This document shows positions 1 through 13,017 of a stretch of DNA of 64,000 nucleotides, in pieces. The stretch's first letter is position 1; each line of letters starts with the position of its first letter. The notes beneath the pieces are model-generated. The model was not told the origin of the DNA. It was given only the letters and a program-made list of their open reading frames with translations, and ran no database searches. The stretch is from NCBI RefSeq assembly GCF_964355755.1, contig NC_092673.1, positions 16,464,948 to 16,528,947 of the forward strand, given 5' to 3'. The DNA comes from Antedon mediterranea (taxonomy: Eukaryota > Animalia > Echinodermata). Both the position numbers and the translations under genes were made by a program.

Positions 1-490
1 GGGGAAAGAACCCTAGGTCCTGTGGTTATATTACCAGCATAACATAATGTCACACTCATTTTGGCAAAAATACACCAGGACTAGATCAAGGATTTAGAGG
101 GGAGTGCTAATAGTAATAATAGACTGGGGAAAGAACCCTAGGCCCTGTGGTTATATTACCAGCATAACATATTGTCACACTCATTTTGGCAGAAATACAC
201 CAGGAGTAGATCCAGGATTTAGAGGGGAGTGCTAATAGTAATAATAGACTGGGGAAAGAACCCTAGAGCCTGTGGTTATATTACCTGCATAACATATTGT
301 CACACTCATTTTGGCAGAAATACACCAGGAGTAGATCCAGGATTTAGAGGAGAGGGATAATAATAGACTGGGGAAAGAAGCCTAGGCCCCGTGGTTATAT
401 TACCTGCATAACATATTGCCACACTCATTTTGGTAGAAATACACCTGGAGTAGATCCAGAATTTAGAGGGGAGGGCTAATAATAGACTGG
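1..490. repeat. Tandem repeat, 4 copies of a 119-125 bp unit (probably continues left of the window)
   Basis: GGGGAAAGAA(C/G)CCTAG recurs at 1, 126, 251 and 370. A fifth start at 489 is cut by an insertion and resumes at ~2165. Confidence 0.95.
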
Positions 491-999
491 GGACCTGTTT
501 CTGCTGCATAGAAATAACCGGTTAAAATCGGTGTGAATAAATTAAAATCGATGTGAATAAATTAATTCCATTTTCTTGGCAGCAGAAACAGGACAAATTT
601 GTGGTAACCGGTTAAAAGGCAGCGCAAAATCACCGGTTAAAAACACCAATTTAAATCGGTGTTAGAACGCCGTTTAACCGGTTATCGCTGAGCAATTCTT
701 AGCTGCAACATGAAATAACGGTTATTTGATTGACAGTTGTGACCCCGGGTCAGATACCGTCGCGTACCATGTATGTTTTCCTCGTGGTTTTGACAGTCGA
801 ACGAAGAAGTGAACATGTATGTGGATGAATGAAATCACAAGATATGTTATTCAGTTGTGGGAGAAAAAGAAAGTACGTGGAAGGATGGCAGGCAATAGAA
901 AAGATTCACAGAATAAGAGCATTCTTGCGAAAGTAAAAGAGGAATTCGGGGTGGAGTTCCGGACTACCCAAGCTAAACAATTTGAGGCGTTAATACATG

Positions 1000-1900
1000 C
1001 CCGCGAAGGGTATGGTCCTATAAACACCAAAACGGAAACAAAAGGGACTCAGAATATTGCAAATACCTACCAAACGACAATAGATAATGGTTAATTAAAT
1101 ATGAAAACCCAAATTTTATAGCAAAAATCGTTCGAATTTATGTTAAAAACGATGAATTTGCAACAAAAACTGAAACCAAACAAGCATATTTATGGCACGC
1201 CCTTAGTGCCTTTAGTAGGAGAACAATGAACAATCTTACTTTGATCGTTTTACATTTTTTAGAAAAACATCACATCGACCGAAAACAAAGGTTATCAGAG
1301 CCTTTGATAATATATTAAATATACATACATACATACATATACCATATTTAATGAGGGTGATCCATCCAGCTATTGCTGATCATTAGGGACCCTCAGAGGT
1401 TCACAAGACAAACATATACACAAGATGCTCTACAACTACATAAACAAAGTCTTATTACAAGTCTTTGGGAGTGGAGTAATTTGGTCCTTAGAAAAAATCC
1501 TGACATGTGACGGGACTCGAACCCAGGACCCTTAGAGTGGTAGCCAAGCATCATAACCACCAAGCCACAACTCCACTACAAAAACAATATGATTTAATTA
1601 AGCATAGAAATGTGTTATTATTTATGTTAGTACATAAATATACGAAATAATGTTCAATACTCATTGTTCTATTAAAGGCACTATGTGCGTGCGATATTCT
1701 ATGACTTGGATAATCTCGTTTGTTTCAAGTTTTTGAGGCTAAACTCATCGTTTTTAACATAAATTTGGACGATTTTTGCTGTAAAAGTTGGGTTTTCATA
1801 ATTAATTAATAATTATCTACTCTCGTTTGGTAGGTATTGCAACATTCTGAGTCTCGTTTTTGTTTCCGTTTGGTGTTTAACTTTAGTAGGACCGCAGTCG
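1000..1900. mobile_element. MITE with ~150 bp inverted arms nested in the Harbinger-like element
   Basis: ~1012-1160 (GGTCCTATAAACACCAAAACGGAAACAAAA...TTAAAAACGATGA) is the reverse complement of ~1743-1893. Exact ends uncertain. Confidence 0.75.
1320..1574 (-). mobile_element. tRNA-derived SINE
   Basis: Minus strand shows box A-like TGGCTTGGTGG, box B GGTTCGAGTCC, a LINE-like 3' tail and a (TATG)n end at ~1320-1340. Confidence 0.8.
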
Positions 1901-2279
1901 TTCACATGGGAAGGGCTGTGTATGCCTTTGAGGAATTAGGCTAGATGCACGACCCTCCCCATGTTATTGAAGGCGCCATGAGAATTAATTTTATTAGCGA
2001 TGGAAGTAGGCTTAAAAAAAAAAACTTGTAGACCTGGAGACAACATTTTATTATGTTATTTCGGAGCGCACAAATTGAGCATAAACGCGGTCTTGTTATT
2101 GTTATCTATTTTGAATCTATTTTAAAATACCGATTAAATTGCGTTATGCAACAGAAACAGACCCTGGGAAAAGAAGCCTAGGCCCCATGTTTCTAATCAA
2201 AATTTTAAAATGTCCTCTTTAGCCATGCTTTATAAAGTCTACCACTATTTAATTTTGCCAATTTCGGACCTCTACATAA

Positions 2280-2765
2280 AAGTTTTCGAATGTAGTTTAA
2301 AACATTCCCAGGATAGGCCTACACTCCAAACTCCAAACCGCTTCCCAAGGATAATTAAAATACTTTAAAAAGTTTCTACTACAATTCATTGCGGTAATTT
2401 TGATACCCCATATGTATGGTTACGAGCAGAAACAAACATCAAAATTGCGGAAAAGTGGGGCATTTTCACCATATTTTGGCCCCTAACTTGGATCCAAAAT
2501 GGCAGATAATGTTCAAATATAGTTTAAAACATTCCCAGTACTATTGAGGTCATTTTGTCGAACAAACATTAGTGGAGAAAAGTGAGGGATTTTGACCCCA
2601 TTTTGGCCTCTAACTTGGATTCGAGATGGCGATTCAAGATGTTCAAAAATAGTTTAGATCCTTCCCAGTACAATTGCAGTCATTTTGATACCCCGCTATG
2701 TATGAAAAAATATTTGTATAATGAAACAGACAAACAAACATACAAACTCTCACTTATAATATAGA
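2280..2765 (-). mobile_element. 5' portion of a non-autonomous Helitron-like element
   Basis: Minus strand starts A|TCTATATTATAAGTGAGAG followed by a (TTTG/TCTG)n microsatellite, with internal degenerate repeats. No CTAG end recognised. Confidence 0.45.
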
Positions 2766-4149
2766 TTTGTAGTTAATTTTAAATCATTATAAATAAATAC
2801 TATAAAATAGTAATAAATATAATTACCATTAATTGTAATAATATATTTGTAAAGAATTTTAATACATCTTAAATTATAAATAAAAAAATTGTTATACTGT
2901 ATAAATTAATATTTATCTGTGTAAATTATTATTTTTTACATTGTTATGTTGAAGACCCCTTCTGAAACAACTATCAAGCTTAAAGAGGGTGGGGATGTGA
3001 GATTACAGTTATCAATTCTAACAATAATTGATAAAATGCTTTTTAAATTTTGAATTTAATTTTGCAATTATTTCATTCTGCCATTACGATAAATACACCC
3101 GTCCATACAGTGATGAAATATCGGTATCATTAAGCAGTAGGACAATCCCCCCGAAAACGAGGCAGTTGAAATCTATGGATCATATAAGATTCAGTTTAAT
3201 GTAGGTTTGTGTTTGCTGATACAGACCAATTGCTCAATTTCAAAATTTAATGGAAAGTAGACGGACAGACAGACAGACATACATACTATTTTGTTATGTT
3301 TACAGTTTAGATACCTCAAGTTGTACACAATTAGCACACATATTTAAATTTTGTTTTCTTAAAATATTGAAACACTACTGTATTTAGTTAAATTCCTCTA
3401 CAATCTTATTGTGTTTTCATTAGTGTATATTGCAGCTATGTTGATAAGAATGTGTTAAATGAAAACATTTGGTCAAATATGTATTTGATATGTTTTTGTT
3501 GATAAGAATAGTACTGATAATGTTGAAATTGTTTGTGTTGTCAACAATGATAATAACAGTGTAATTTTAATCAAATCATGTAATAATTAGACACATGACA
3601 ATCTAAGTGTATTGTGACAAAGACAATCATATTTTCCACTCAACAACACAATTTATTGTGGATAATTTAACCCACAAGCTGTAGTTGTTTACAGGTACAA
3701 TTGATAATGATAACTATTAATGATACAAATTTATCAATCTGTGTGAACTGTAATCTTAAAATGTCTGTTTAATTCATATTTTGCAATGTCAATGTTTTCA
3801 TTCTTAATGCTGCATTTTGGGTAAAGTTTGACCTACTGTAATTAATATAATAAATATCATAGTTCAATTCACAATAACATATTTGTCTTTCTTTTGAAAA
3901 TACAGTAAATGAACAGTTTGAATAGTAAAAATAAAGAGGCAAAATACCTAGGAACTGGAAGTAGTCGGAAAGTCTTTCAATTTTTTTTTTAACTTGAAAG
4001 AACCAGTTAATTATATAGTTTGTTAAAGATGTATTGTCCCCCGAAAACATGACAAATAAATTTTAATACAATCAGATTTTGAATAGGCAATTTCACAGTT
4101 TTAATAAAGTTATTCACTTCTGTAGAAAAAAAATCATTAAAAATAATTA

Positions 4150-4330
4150 TTTCACTTATAAAAAGTCCTCTAATCCTTCCCCTTACCATACTAGACATAG
4201 ACACAACTTTGTTGAATCTCACTGTGCTACTAAACGCCACTTCTCTAGCCCTGTTCCATACTTGATCCAGTTATTAAACGAACAATGCTTAAATCTAAAT
4301 TAATGTTTGATGAATGATTGTTTATAGTGT
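4150..4330 (+). mobile_element. LINE ORF2 C-terminal relic
   Basis: Translation RHRHNFVESHCATKRHFSSPVPYLIQLLN resembles the C-terminus of CR1-group ORF2 proteins. Confidence 0.45.
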
Positions 4331-4710
4331 TCAATTTGTTTGTACATTACTAAATTATATTTTTTTATGAATGAATTTTATAATGTCTATTTGTTAAATG
4401 AGAAGTTCTATATTTTGATGTTTTTTCACTTTTAATTCAATTTTGTAAATTAAAACTCTTCAGTGTTTATGCTGCTATTTAATGTTTATATCTTTGTTAA
4501 TAAATACTAATGAATGAAAAACTTATTTGTTTATTTGTAAGGATAGTGTTTTTTTTAAAGGGGGAGATTTTATATCAAATTGTACGTGCTCATTGTGTAT
4601 TATAGGAATAATGTTCATTTCACCATGGAGAAGTTTCTCCATGATTTCACCAACCCAGAGATTGCAGCAGTGATAAAATATGTAGACAAATTGTGATTGC
4701 GCCCTCTATA

Positions 4711-7207
4711 CATAGTTGCCATTTCTGGCATTATTATGCTTTTTGGCATTATTTGGAGGCCCACGGCATCTGGCATAATGCCGCGGCATTATTTAGCCGT
4801 TTTTAGCATAATCTGGCATAATTTTGTGTTTTTTGAACAACCAAAAAAATAATATACCACAGAACAAAAATAAAATATTTTGTTTATAAATCTTCCAATT
4901 TAATACATATCACCTTATACAATATCATATCGTACAAAACAGATCTGTTCGGGTTTTCCGTACAATAGTTCTTCCATCCTTTCGTTTCGGACTTAATCGA
5001 CTCTTCGGATAGGAAGGCTGCTCGAAAACTACCGTGTGTGCGATATTATAGGCAGTACAACAAATCCGAAGAGGCTAGCTATTGGCCAATTATGTTGCTC
5101 TATTTCAGAGTTCATGCAGGTTATTGGATCCCCACGGGTGTAGAGACAATTGAACGAATTGAATGAAAGAGGTTTTGTTTTTTCAGTTCATAATTATAAA
5201 GCGGCCGCACCCCTACCCCAACCCTTAAAATGTCAATTTCTGGTAACTTAGAAGCTCTAATTTTAAAAAGAATTTCTTCTAGAGAATTTGTTTTCCATAT
5301 TTCAAATTATGTTCCATTTGCATCGTCGTAGCAACCCTATTTTTCCAAATGTTCTTCACCTCTCAGCCCCAGTAGTGGGCGAGGTAATTTTTATTTCAAA
5401 TTAAGTGCCATTTCTGCCCATCGAGCAGCTCTATTTTTCCAATTTTTTTTACCTCAGCCCCAACCATGGTGGGGCTGAGGTCCTAAGACACTTATATATT
5501 TTTATTTCCTATTTTAAATTATAATTGCCATTTTCGAACTATGGTGGGCTAAGATCCTGGAGGTACTAATAAATATATTTTTATTTCATATTTGAAATTA
5601 AGTGCTATTTCCGGCCATCGAGCAGCTCTATTTTTCTAAATTTTCCTGGAGACACTTAAAATATATTTTGATTTCCTATTTTCAATTATAATTGCCATTT
5701 TCGAACTATCGTGGGCAAATTTTCTGGCGACACTAATAAATATATTTTTATTTCATATTTTAAATTAAGTAGCATTTCCGGCCATCAGCATTTTTCCAAA
5801 TTTTCTTATCAACCATGGTGGGGCTGAGGTCCGGGAGACACTTTAATATATAATTGCCATTTTCTAATTATGGTGGGCTAAGATCCTTTCATATTTTAAA
5901 TTAAGTGCAAAGATCGAGCAGCTCTCATATCTCAGCTAAAAAATTCTAAATTTCCATATGTGTAACAGGTTTTTTTTTGTGGTGGGGGGAGGGGGGCCTG
6001 GGTTCGTGTTGGTGTCATTTGCAATTACCATTTTGGCACACCAGATATTTTTAGAATTATTAGTTATTACTCACAAAACTAAAAATATAAATTTTGAACG
6101 ACATAGGGATACAATTAGGCCCTATTTTGTGTCAGTTTGGGGTTTTACAAACGTTTATTAGACATACAACCGTTGGTGGCGCTGTTTAGGGCTGTCACAC
6201 CAAAATCAGTCCGGGCCAAAATCGGTCCGGCGGACCAGTTTTGGCTGCCAAAATCAGTCCGGGGGACCATTTATGGCTGCCAAAACCTGTCCGGCCGGAC
6301 CAATTTTGGCCGCCAAAACTGGTCCGGCCTGGATAAAATCGGTCCGGGCAGTAGGACTGTTTTTGGCCGCCAAATATGGTCCGATCTTGCAAATATATGG
6401 TGCGCAAAATGAGTCATAATGTATATATTATATCATTTAAAAAGGCCATGATTAGTCATTATAATATATTGAAAACTACGGGGTTTTATTTGTTATTTTA
6501 ATATTATAAATTAAGCCTGTTTTTTTTTACTATTAGTAGTAACTCATCAATAATTAGTACTAATTTTTAGGTTTTTTGTGTACAATTAATTCTCTGCCTT
6601 TTTTTAATCCATTTTGTTCTTTTGTTTTTTAAACATCTTCGTTTCCCCATGATGTTAAAAACAATTTAATTTATTACTAATTTATGGTTAATCAATCAAT
6701 ATCAATTCAGTACAATCATTATAAAACAATTATCCAATATTGATTAGGCTGAGGAAGGAAAAAGGCCTCAATCATAAAATAAAATCTGGCTGGCAATATC
6801 AGCGTCTCATACCCGTTGATGTGAGTGTGTGGCAGGCTGAAATATGAGTGAACACCTAAGTCATGTTTTTAGATAAAATACATTTATTTACAGTATTTAT
6901 CCGACAAGATAACTTACTTATATATATCATGGGATATTTTTCTAGCCATAAACAACTTAAAACAGCATCATAGGCCTAGTAATTCAATTAAAATCGACAG
7001 AAGAAAAACCCGGACCGATTTTGGCAGTGGCGGACTGCTTTTGGCCACAACTTTAGAGCCAAAACTGGTCCGGCCGGACCGATTTTGGCCCCGGACCATA
7101 TTTGTCGTGACAGGGCCACATTTTGGGGATCTGGCATTATTTTTCCCAATCTGGCATTATTTGAGACAGGATACGGCATAATTTAAATTTTATTGCTGGC
7201 AACGCTG
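4711..7207. mobile_element. Non-autonomous hAT element
   Basis: TIRs CATAGTTGCCA / TGGCAACGCTG, perfect 8-bp TSD CCTCTATA (4703-4710, 7208-7215), and subterminal TGGCAT(T/A)AT repeats at both ends. Confidence 0.9.
6193..7112. mobile_element. Ginger-like non-autonomous DNA transposon nested in the hAT
   Basis: Termini TGTCAC...GTGACA, 4-bp TSD GGGC (6189-6192, 7113-7116), and subterminal CCAAAA-x-GGTCCGG repeats. Confidence 0.75.
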
Positions 7208-8375
7208 CCTCTATAAAAAATCAAGTTTATCACCCACCACACGTTTTATACAGAAGAATGTCAAAAACATGGAGTAGGCCTACTTATTCTTTAGTCCATG
7301 GTCAAAAACGAGTGTTGCCAAAGTGCGAGTCAACGAGGCACGCAATGCACGCATAATACACGCAATCCATGCAATGCATGCAATCCACGACGGTAATTCA
7401 ACGGAAAAAATACCAACAGCGAGCGAGCCTTCGAATAATAATAAGCCTTCGTTTTCGTTAATATTTGTGTACAATTCATAAACATTTATGAATCACCTAC
7501 CGTTAATATAATTATGTTAACAATTTCGAATATCCAAATGCGACTTCGATGTTTACAGTTAGTTTTAGGTGGTGCCTGGTCACCGTCTAAGAAGCCTAGC
7601 TAGCTAGCCTAGCTAGGCCCTATATAGTATACTGTAGCCCGCCCGCTGGGGAGTAGAGACGGCTATTCGCTGTATGCCTAGTACGGTCTAGGCCTAGCAG
7701 CAGCTTCTATATCAACGCTGTCAATGGACGAAATACAGTAGATTACAGATATTTTAAATCTAAGTCTTGTGAAAGGTATTTTTTTCAACAAAATATCATC
7801 TAGGCCTAGCCTAGTAGGAAGCCCTATATTGTATTAGGGGCTAGACTAGGCCTGGGCTGTGTGGTGGGCCGGGTGGCGGGGAACATTTTGAAAAAAAATA
7901 ACTGCAAGCGAGCTAGACCAACAACAAGAAGGGAGCAGCAGGCAGGCTTGACTTTATTTTAGTAGTAATACTGGTAGGGTATGTTTAGAACAACATAACA
8001 TAAAATAATGATTTTATTTTATAATTACTCCTCTCTAATGTTTCATATGAACATACTAGAATATTAATATGTTTTATGGTGCCTCGCACTTTTGGTACAA
8101 TAGTGCAGTTACACTTCGTACTGACTCGCTTGAATTGTAATTAACATGGTCACGTGGGCCGTTGACTCCACTGACTCCAATGAATCCATGGCTTGCAGTT
8201 TGTCAATACCCGTCAAAAACAAGAAGTAAGTTTTGTTTCATTATCTTTATACTGTATTGTTTTAATAGCAGGGCTTTTTTTGGATTTTATATTCGTATTA
8301 TAGTCTATAGGCCCTACCTAGCTAACTAGGCTAGGCCTACTACTATAGCTAGGGCCTAGCTAGCTAGGCCTACTA

Positions 8376-9311
8376 GCCGGCCTGTGATTTTTTTTTTCGT
8401 ACATAAGTTGGGGACCCCTCATGAAACGTCACAAAAATAAACATGAATAATTCATCAGTTAAATTGTCTTGTTCCGTGTGCACCCAAGCGTATAGCAACA
8501 AGAAGTGATTACACGAACAAATTACTGCGATACGATTCTTTCTACAGTAGGCCTAGGATTCTAGGTCAATTCACGTGATTGCCTTCGCGCACTATTCTTC
8601 ACACAAAATGTGTCGAGTGACTCGTCGAGGCTAATCGACAGCTAGGCAAGACATTAAACTAAGTAGTTCATTGGACATAGCCCAAAGAAAGCTTAGACCC
8701 ACAAGAATAAAGAATGTGTATAATTTGTGTACTGTATTTTTTTAATTCTGCTATTTTATTATCAAACAATATGCATGAACTCAAAGGAACTTTAAAAATG
8801 CGCGTATATGAACACATGAGATGGGAAGATTAGACCCACGAGAATAAAAAATGTATTTTTGTGTAATGTTTAATGTTTAATTTTGCTGACTTATTACTCG
8901 GATTGTGTCATACCTACACACACGTCACACACACACACACCGTACCCACACAGCTACTACTAGAATAGACATGGGTTTAGAGACTAATAATTAGGCCTAT
9001 AGTATTAATAGAAACTATAATTTTAACACGTAATTCTTTAGTAATAAATTATATTAAAAACACCATAAACAAAGGCTGATTATTTCGACAATCCACACAA
9101 AACGCCGCTATTCTTCTATGAAATCGCACGCCGCAACAACAGCGGAGATAGGCCTAGAATCGTACCGCACTTGTGTAATCACTTCTTGTTGCTATACGCT
9201 TGGGTGCACACGGAACAAGACAATTTAACTGATGAATTATTCATGTTTATTTTGTGACGTTTCATGAGGGGGACCCCAACTTATGTACGGAAAAAAAAAT
9301 CGCAGCCGGCC
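8376..9311. mobile_element. MITE with ~140 bp near-perfect TIRs
   Basis: 8376-8514 is the reverse complement of ~9173-9311 (CGTACATAAGTTGGGG...AAGAAGTGATTACAC). TA-containing flanks. Confidence 0.9.
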
Positions 9312-9634
9312 TAGTCTAGGCTTAGCCATCTACGTACTACTACTACTACGCGCTAGTTCCGTTTCGCACATGTCTTTTATTTCAACTCCAAATGTGTTAA
9401 GGAACTTTATACTGAATACCACACCTTAGAATTAGGCCTCATAAGTACTTTTAGGATGGAGAATCACAGAAAAAGTAACAAATAAATCCTTTAAATTGAT
9501 GAATTTACAGACATGTTTTTTCTTGCACACAGTTTGTGAATTTCGCATACTCCATGTTCAATATTGTGATGTTTCTATGAAGCGCCAAAAGAGCAACTAT
9601 AATAGAGGGCTAAAAAGGCAGTGGAATGCGTATA

Positions 9635-10305
9635 CCGTAAAACCTCGGGCCCATGGGCTTAAACCTCGAAAAGAAGCCCATCTCGAAAAAGAAGCCCCCT
9701 CTACAGTTTGCAGAAGTACTCTCGAAAAAAAGCCCATCTCGAAATGAGGCCCCCTGGGCTTCTTTTTGAGATAGACTACTACAAGCGATAGACGAATTCT
9801 TATAACAAAGTGGGTTGGCAATGCCTGGTCCATGATCATGAACACAAATCCATCGCTGCAAATTCGGTCGTTCATAAAGTGTGGGATAAATGTAGCCCTT
9901 GATGGTTCTGAAAACAAAACAAAGAAGTAAACGTCGAAGGGTTGGTTGGATATGAGATGCCATCATCGACAGACGACACTCTTAAATATTATTCCATTGT
10001 GATGACGACGATGATAACGAAATGATTGACGGTGAATCATAGGACTGTTTTTTGGCTTTTTATATTGTTTTTTAATTGGTATATTAAACATAATTTCATG
10101 GTTGAAAAAATGTCTCAAAAGTCATATTGTAGTAGAAATTCACAAAATTTACAGCATTCATTTCGAAAAGAAACCTCCCTCTACAGTTTGCAAAATCACT
10201 CTTGAAAAGAAGCCCATCTCGAATAGAAGCCCATCTCGAAAAGAAGCCCACCCAAGAGCACTAAAAAAAGAAGAAGCCCATGGGCTTCTTTTCAAGGTTT
10301 TACGG
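9635..10305. mobile_element. Tc1/mariner-pogo-like non-autonomous element
   Basis: TA|CCGTAAAACCT...AGGTTTTACGG|TA with subterminal GAAAAGAAGCCC repeats. Confidence 0.85.
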
Positions 10306-10465
10306 TATTTAATGCATCTAGGCCTATTGGTGAAAATTACGTTCAATTTCAATATATTTCGTCAATGTTAATACAACTAAAATGTTACTGTTGATACTGT
10401 ACATGGTTTTCGACAAATTCATCATCATAAGATGTAGTGTAGGTTATATACCTCAATGATCTAAA

Positions 10466-10660
10466 TCACTGTTCCGCAACCTATGGGGCGCGACCCAAAC
10501 AGAAAAAAATTTATGGTTCGCGAAATTGTTTCCGATACTGAAACTTTTTTATCAATTATACACTGATCTATATGTGAATATGCTTGGTTTGTAAGATCAA
10601 ATACGCAATGTTGGGTCGCGAAAATTCCCAAAATAGGATCATGGGGTCGCGGTCAAAAAA
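10466..10660. mobile_element. hAT/Charlie-like MITE fragment
   Basis: CACTGTTCCGCAACCT start and repeated GGGTCGCG motifs. Second TIR not found. Confidence 0.5.
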
Positions 10661-11519
10661 GTATCCCTCTTAGTCTTAGTCTGGGTATGGACTAATAAGT
10701 TATGCTGATTTAGGGTCGGTTTTTTGAAAATAGCACATTATCAGCAGTAACATGTAACAACATTTTTATTGACAAAAAATTGGAAATTAAAACGTGTATT
10801 TCATAAATAGATGGATTAAAAGTAGACGCATTCCACTGAATTTTTAACCCTCTATTATAGTTGCTCTTTTGGTGCTCCATAGAAACGAAAATATTGAACT
10901 TCGTGTATGCGAAATTCGCTAATGGTGTGCAAGAAACACGTCTGTAAAATCATCAATTTAAAGGATTACTTTAAATGGTTACTTTTTATGTGATTCTTCT
11001 TCATACAAGTACTTATGAGGCTCAATTCTAAGGTGTGGTATTCACAATAAGTTTGGAGTCGAAATTAAAACAGCTAGGGCCAGGCCTTACCTTCTCTAGG
11101 CCTACTAATCTCTCTAGTCTCTTGTACTAGGCTAGACTAGTTATGGGTGTCATAGACGGTTGATCGGGATCACAGACAATCCGGTCCAGGCGATCGGGCA
11201 GCCCAATATTGTTGAAGATTGGTACAAAAGACGATCAGGCACAAAATAGAAATGTACGGGTCTAAATGACTCTCACAACTCAAACCAATAAACAATTTTT
11301 GTGCTACCGAAGCCATCTTGGTGAGATGACAAACAGTTGTGACCAACTGAGCGTAAAAATGGAGAATATAATTATATATCACAAGAATTAGTAATCTATA
11401 GAATAATAGAAATTTGTAACAGAGCGTGGATGCCCGCCCTCATGATGTATACAGACTAAAGAAGACTTGATTTGACAGATATTATGTCATATTAAATAGA
11501 ATTATGATAATATATATAA

Positions 11520-11660
11520 ATTTGATTTCTTTTAATTTAATTTATATTGTTACATGTTTATGTCTCGTCATATTGTATTTTGTGAGGGTCCCTAGTGATC
11601 AGCTTTGGCTGGATGGACCACCCTCATAAATTATTGTTGAAATAAAAATAAATAAATAAA
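11520..11660 (+). mobile_element. LINE (or SINE) 3' tail
   Basis: GAGGGTCCCTAGTGATCAGC...GCTGGATGGACCACCCTCAT followed by (AAAT)n. Same tail as the SINE at 1320-1574. Confidence 0.6.
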
Positions 11661-12362
11661 ACATTTTATAAAACATATTTAATAACAAACTAGTGTACAT
11701 TCACTTCTACAGAAAATTATTAAATTAGTTCACAAAGAAAGACCGAACCACAATAACAAACATCTACCCAGCGTTACTCAGCATGGTCTATTCTTTGCCG
11801 CGTAATAATCTACGCCCGGTAAATTAAGTAATTTATGATATAAATGTTACATTTGATTAATATTTATTTTTTCTACTAGAAACAAGTTAAATAGATATAT
11901 TATTAAACTATCCTTCATGAAAACAAGTCAACAAAAATCTATCTGCTATGCTATGCCAGGGCTAGGTAGTGCCAGGGCTAGGTAGTGCCATTGTTAACCC
12001 ACTCACTATAGTTCATCCTCATTATCACTTTGGTAATAGCAGTGTACAATGACAGAGTATTGACATATTTCATTTTATTATCACTCTGTGTAAATATAAC
12101 CAAAATGGTAATAGTACAGAGAGTTATAAACTGCTGTGTGTTCTATTTATTATCTTTGTTTAACATTAGAATACAATGTTAATATTAAATCTATGGTAAA
12201 GATTATCTGATAACAAATTGTATAACAGGAACTCAATAATCAAAACAAACAAATCATTAATAACAATTTCTACCCTGGTTTTCTGTATAAGTGTTATAAT
12301 GAACTTGTTATCATATAAACTGTCCGACCAGAGCAATATGTAAAAAAATATATTTAGATTAT

Positions 12363-13017
12363 AAATGCATAACTAACCAATTAGTTAATGATATGACTAG
12401 AAACCTACTTAAACAAATTAATTTCCAAAAAATAAAAGTTACAGTTATTTGGCTAAAAAATATAATTTGTTATAAAGATAATAAATGTTTGCTAAAGTAT
12501 TCTGACTATATATAGACCCTGAACCAGACCAGATCAAATGTGAGAAAACAAATTACCTATCAGAGGTCCCTGAAGCCCATTCAAATAAGACCAATTTTGA
12601 CAAATATAGTCAGGGCCGTACACAGGATTTTATTTGGGTAGATGCGGATTAATATATTTTGGACCATTTTCATAATATTGAGTGAAGACGATAAGACCCT
12701 ATAAAATGTGGACCTTTTGCAATTTGGCGGGGGGGGGGGGGGCCTGCGTACGACCCTGATAGTGACCCATGAAACCCAAAAAAGAGAGCACATCAACCAG
12801 ATCTAACAAGGGATACCACATAAGACTAAATTAAAGTATTCATTGTGAATACCTGTTTTAACACCCACTTAGTGTATGTGTATCAGAATGAATGACACAA
12901 TTGCAGCAAATGCATAACTAACCAATTAGTTAATGATATAGAAACCTACTTAAACAAATTAATTTCAAACAAATAAAAGTTACAGTTATTTGGCTAAAAA
13001 ATATAATTTGTTATAAA
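12363..13017. repeat. ~110 bp direct duplication (12363-12477 and 12908-13017)
   Basis: AAATGCATAACTAACCAATTAGTTAATGATAT...ATAATTTGTTATAAA occurs twice. Confidence 0.85.
12611..12758. mobile_element. Small MITE
   Basis: TIRs CAGGGCCGTACACAGG / CCTGCGTACGACCCTG, with ATAGT on both sides. Confidence 0.7.

Larger units (their letters stand above)
491..2164 (+). mobile_element. Non-autonomous PIF/Harbinger-like DNA transposon with a Myb/SANT-like ORF remnant
   Basis: Imperfect TIRs GGACCTGTTTCTGCTGCATA / TATGCAACAGAAACAGACCC. TGG is duplicated at 488-490 and 2165-2167, and the host repeat continues after it. ORF 819-1094 begins WMNEITRYVIQLWEK...EEFGVEFRTTQ, resembling the trihelix Myb protein of Harbingers. 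Confidence 0.7.
9371..11072. mobile_element. Older MITE/foldback element with ~260 bp inverted arms
   Basis: 9371-9634 is the diverged reverse complement of ~10821-11072 (GAATACCACACCTTAGAATT; CCAAAAGAGCAACTATAATAGAGGG). Confidence 0.85.

Noticed and set aside
6137-7179. Repetitive ORFs (GRTNFGRQNWSG...)
   Set aside because: Translations of transposon subterminal repeats.
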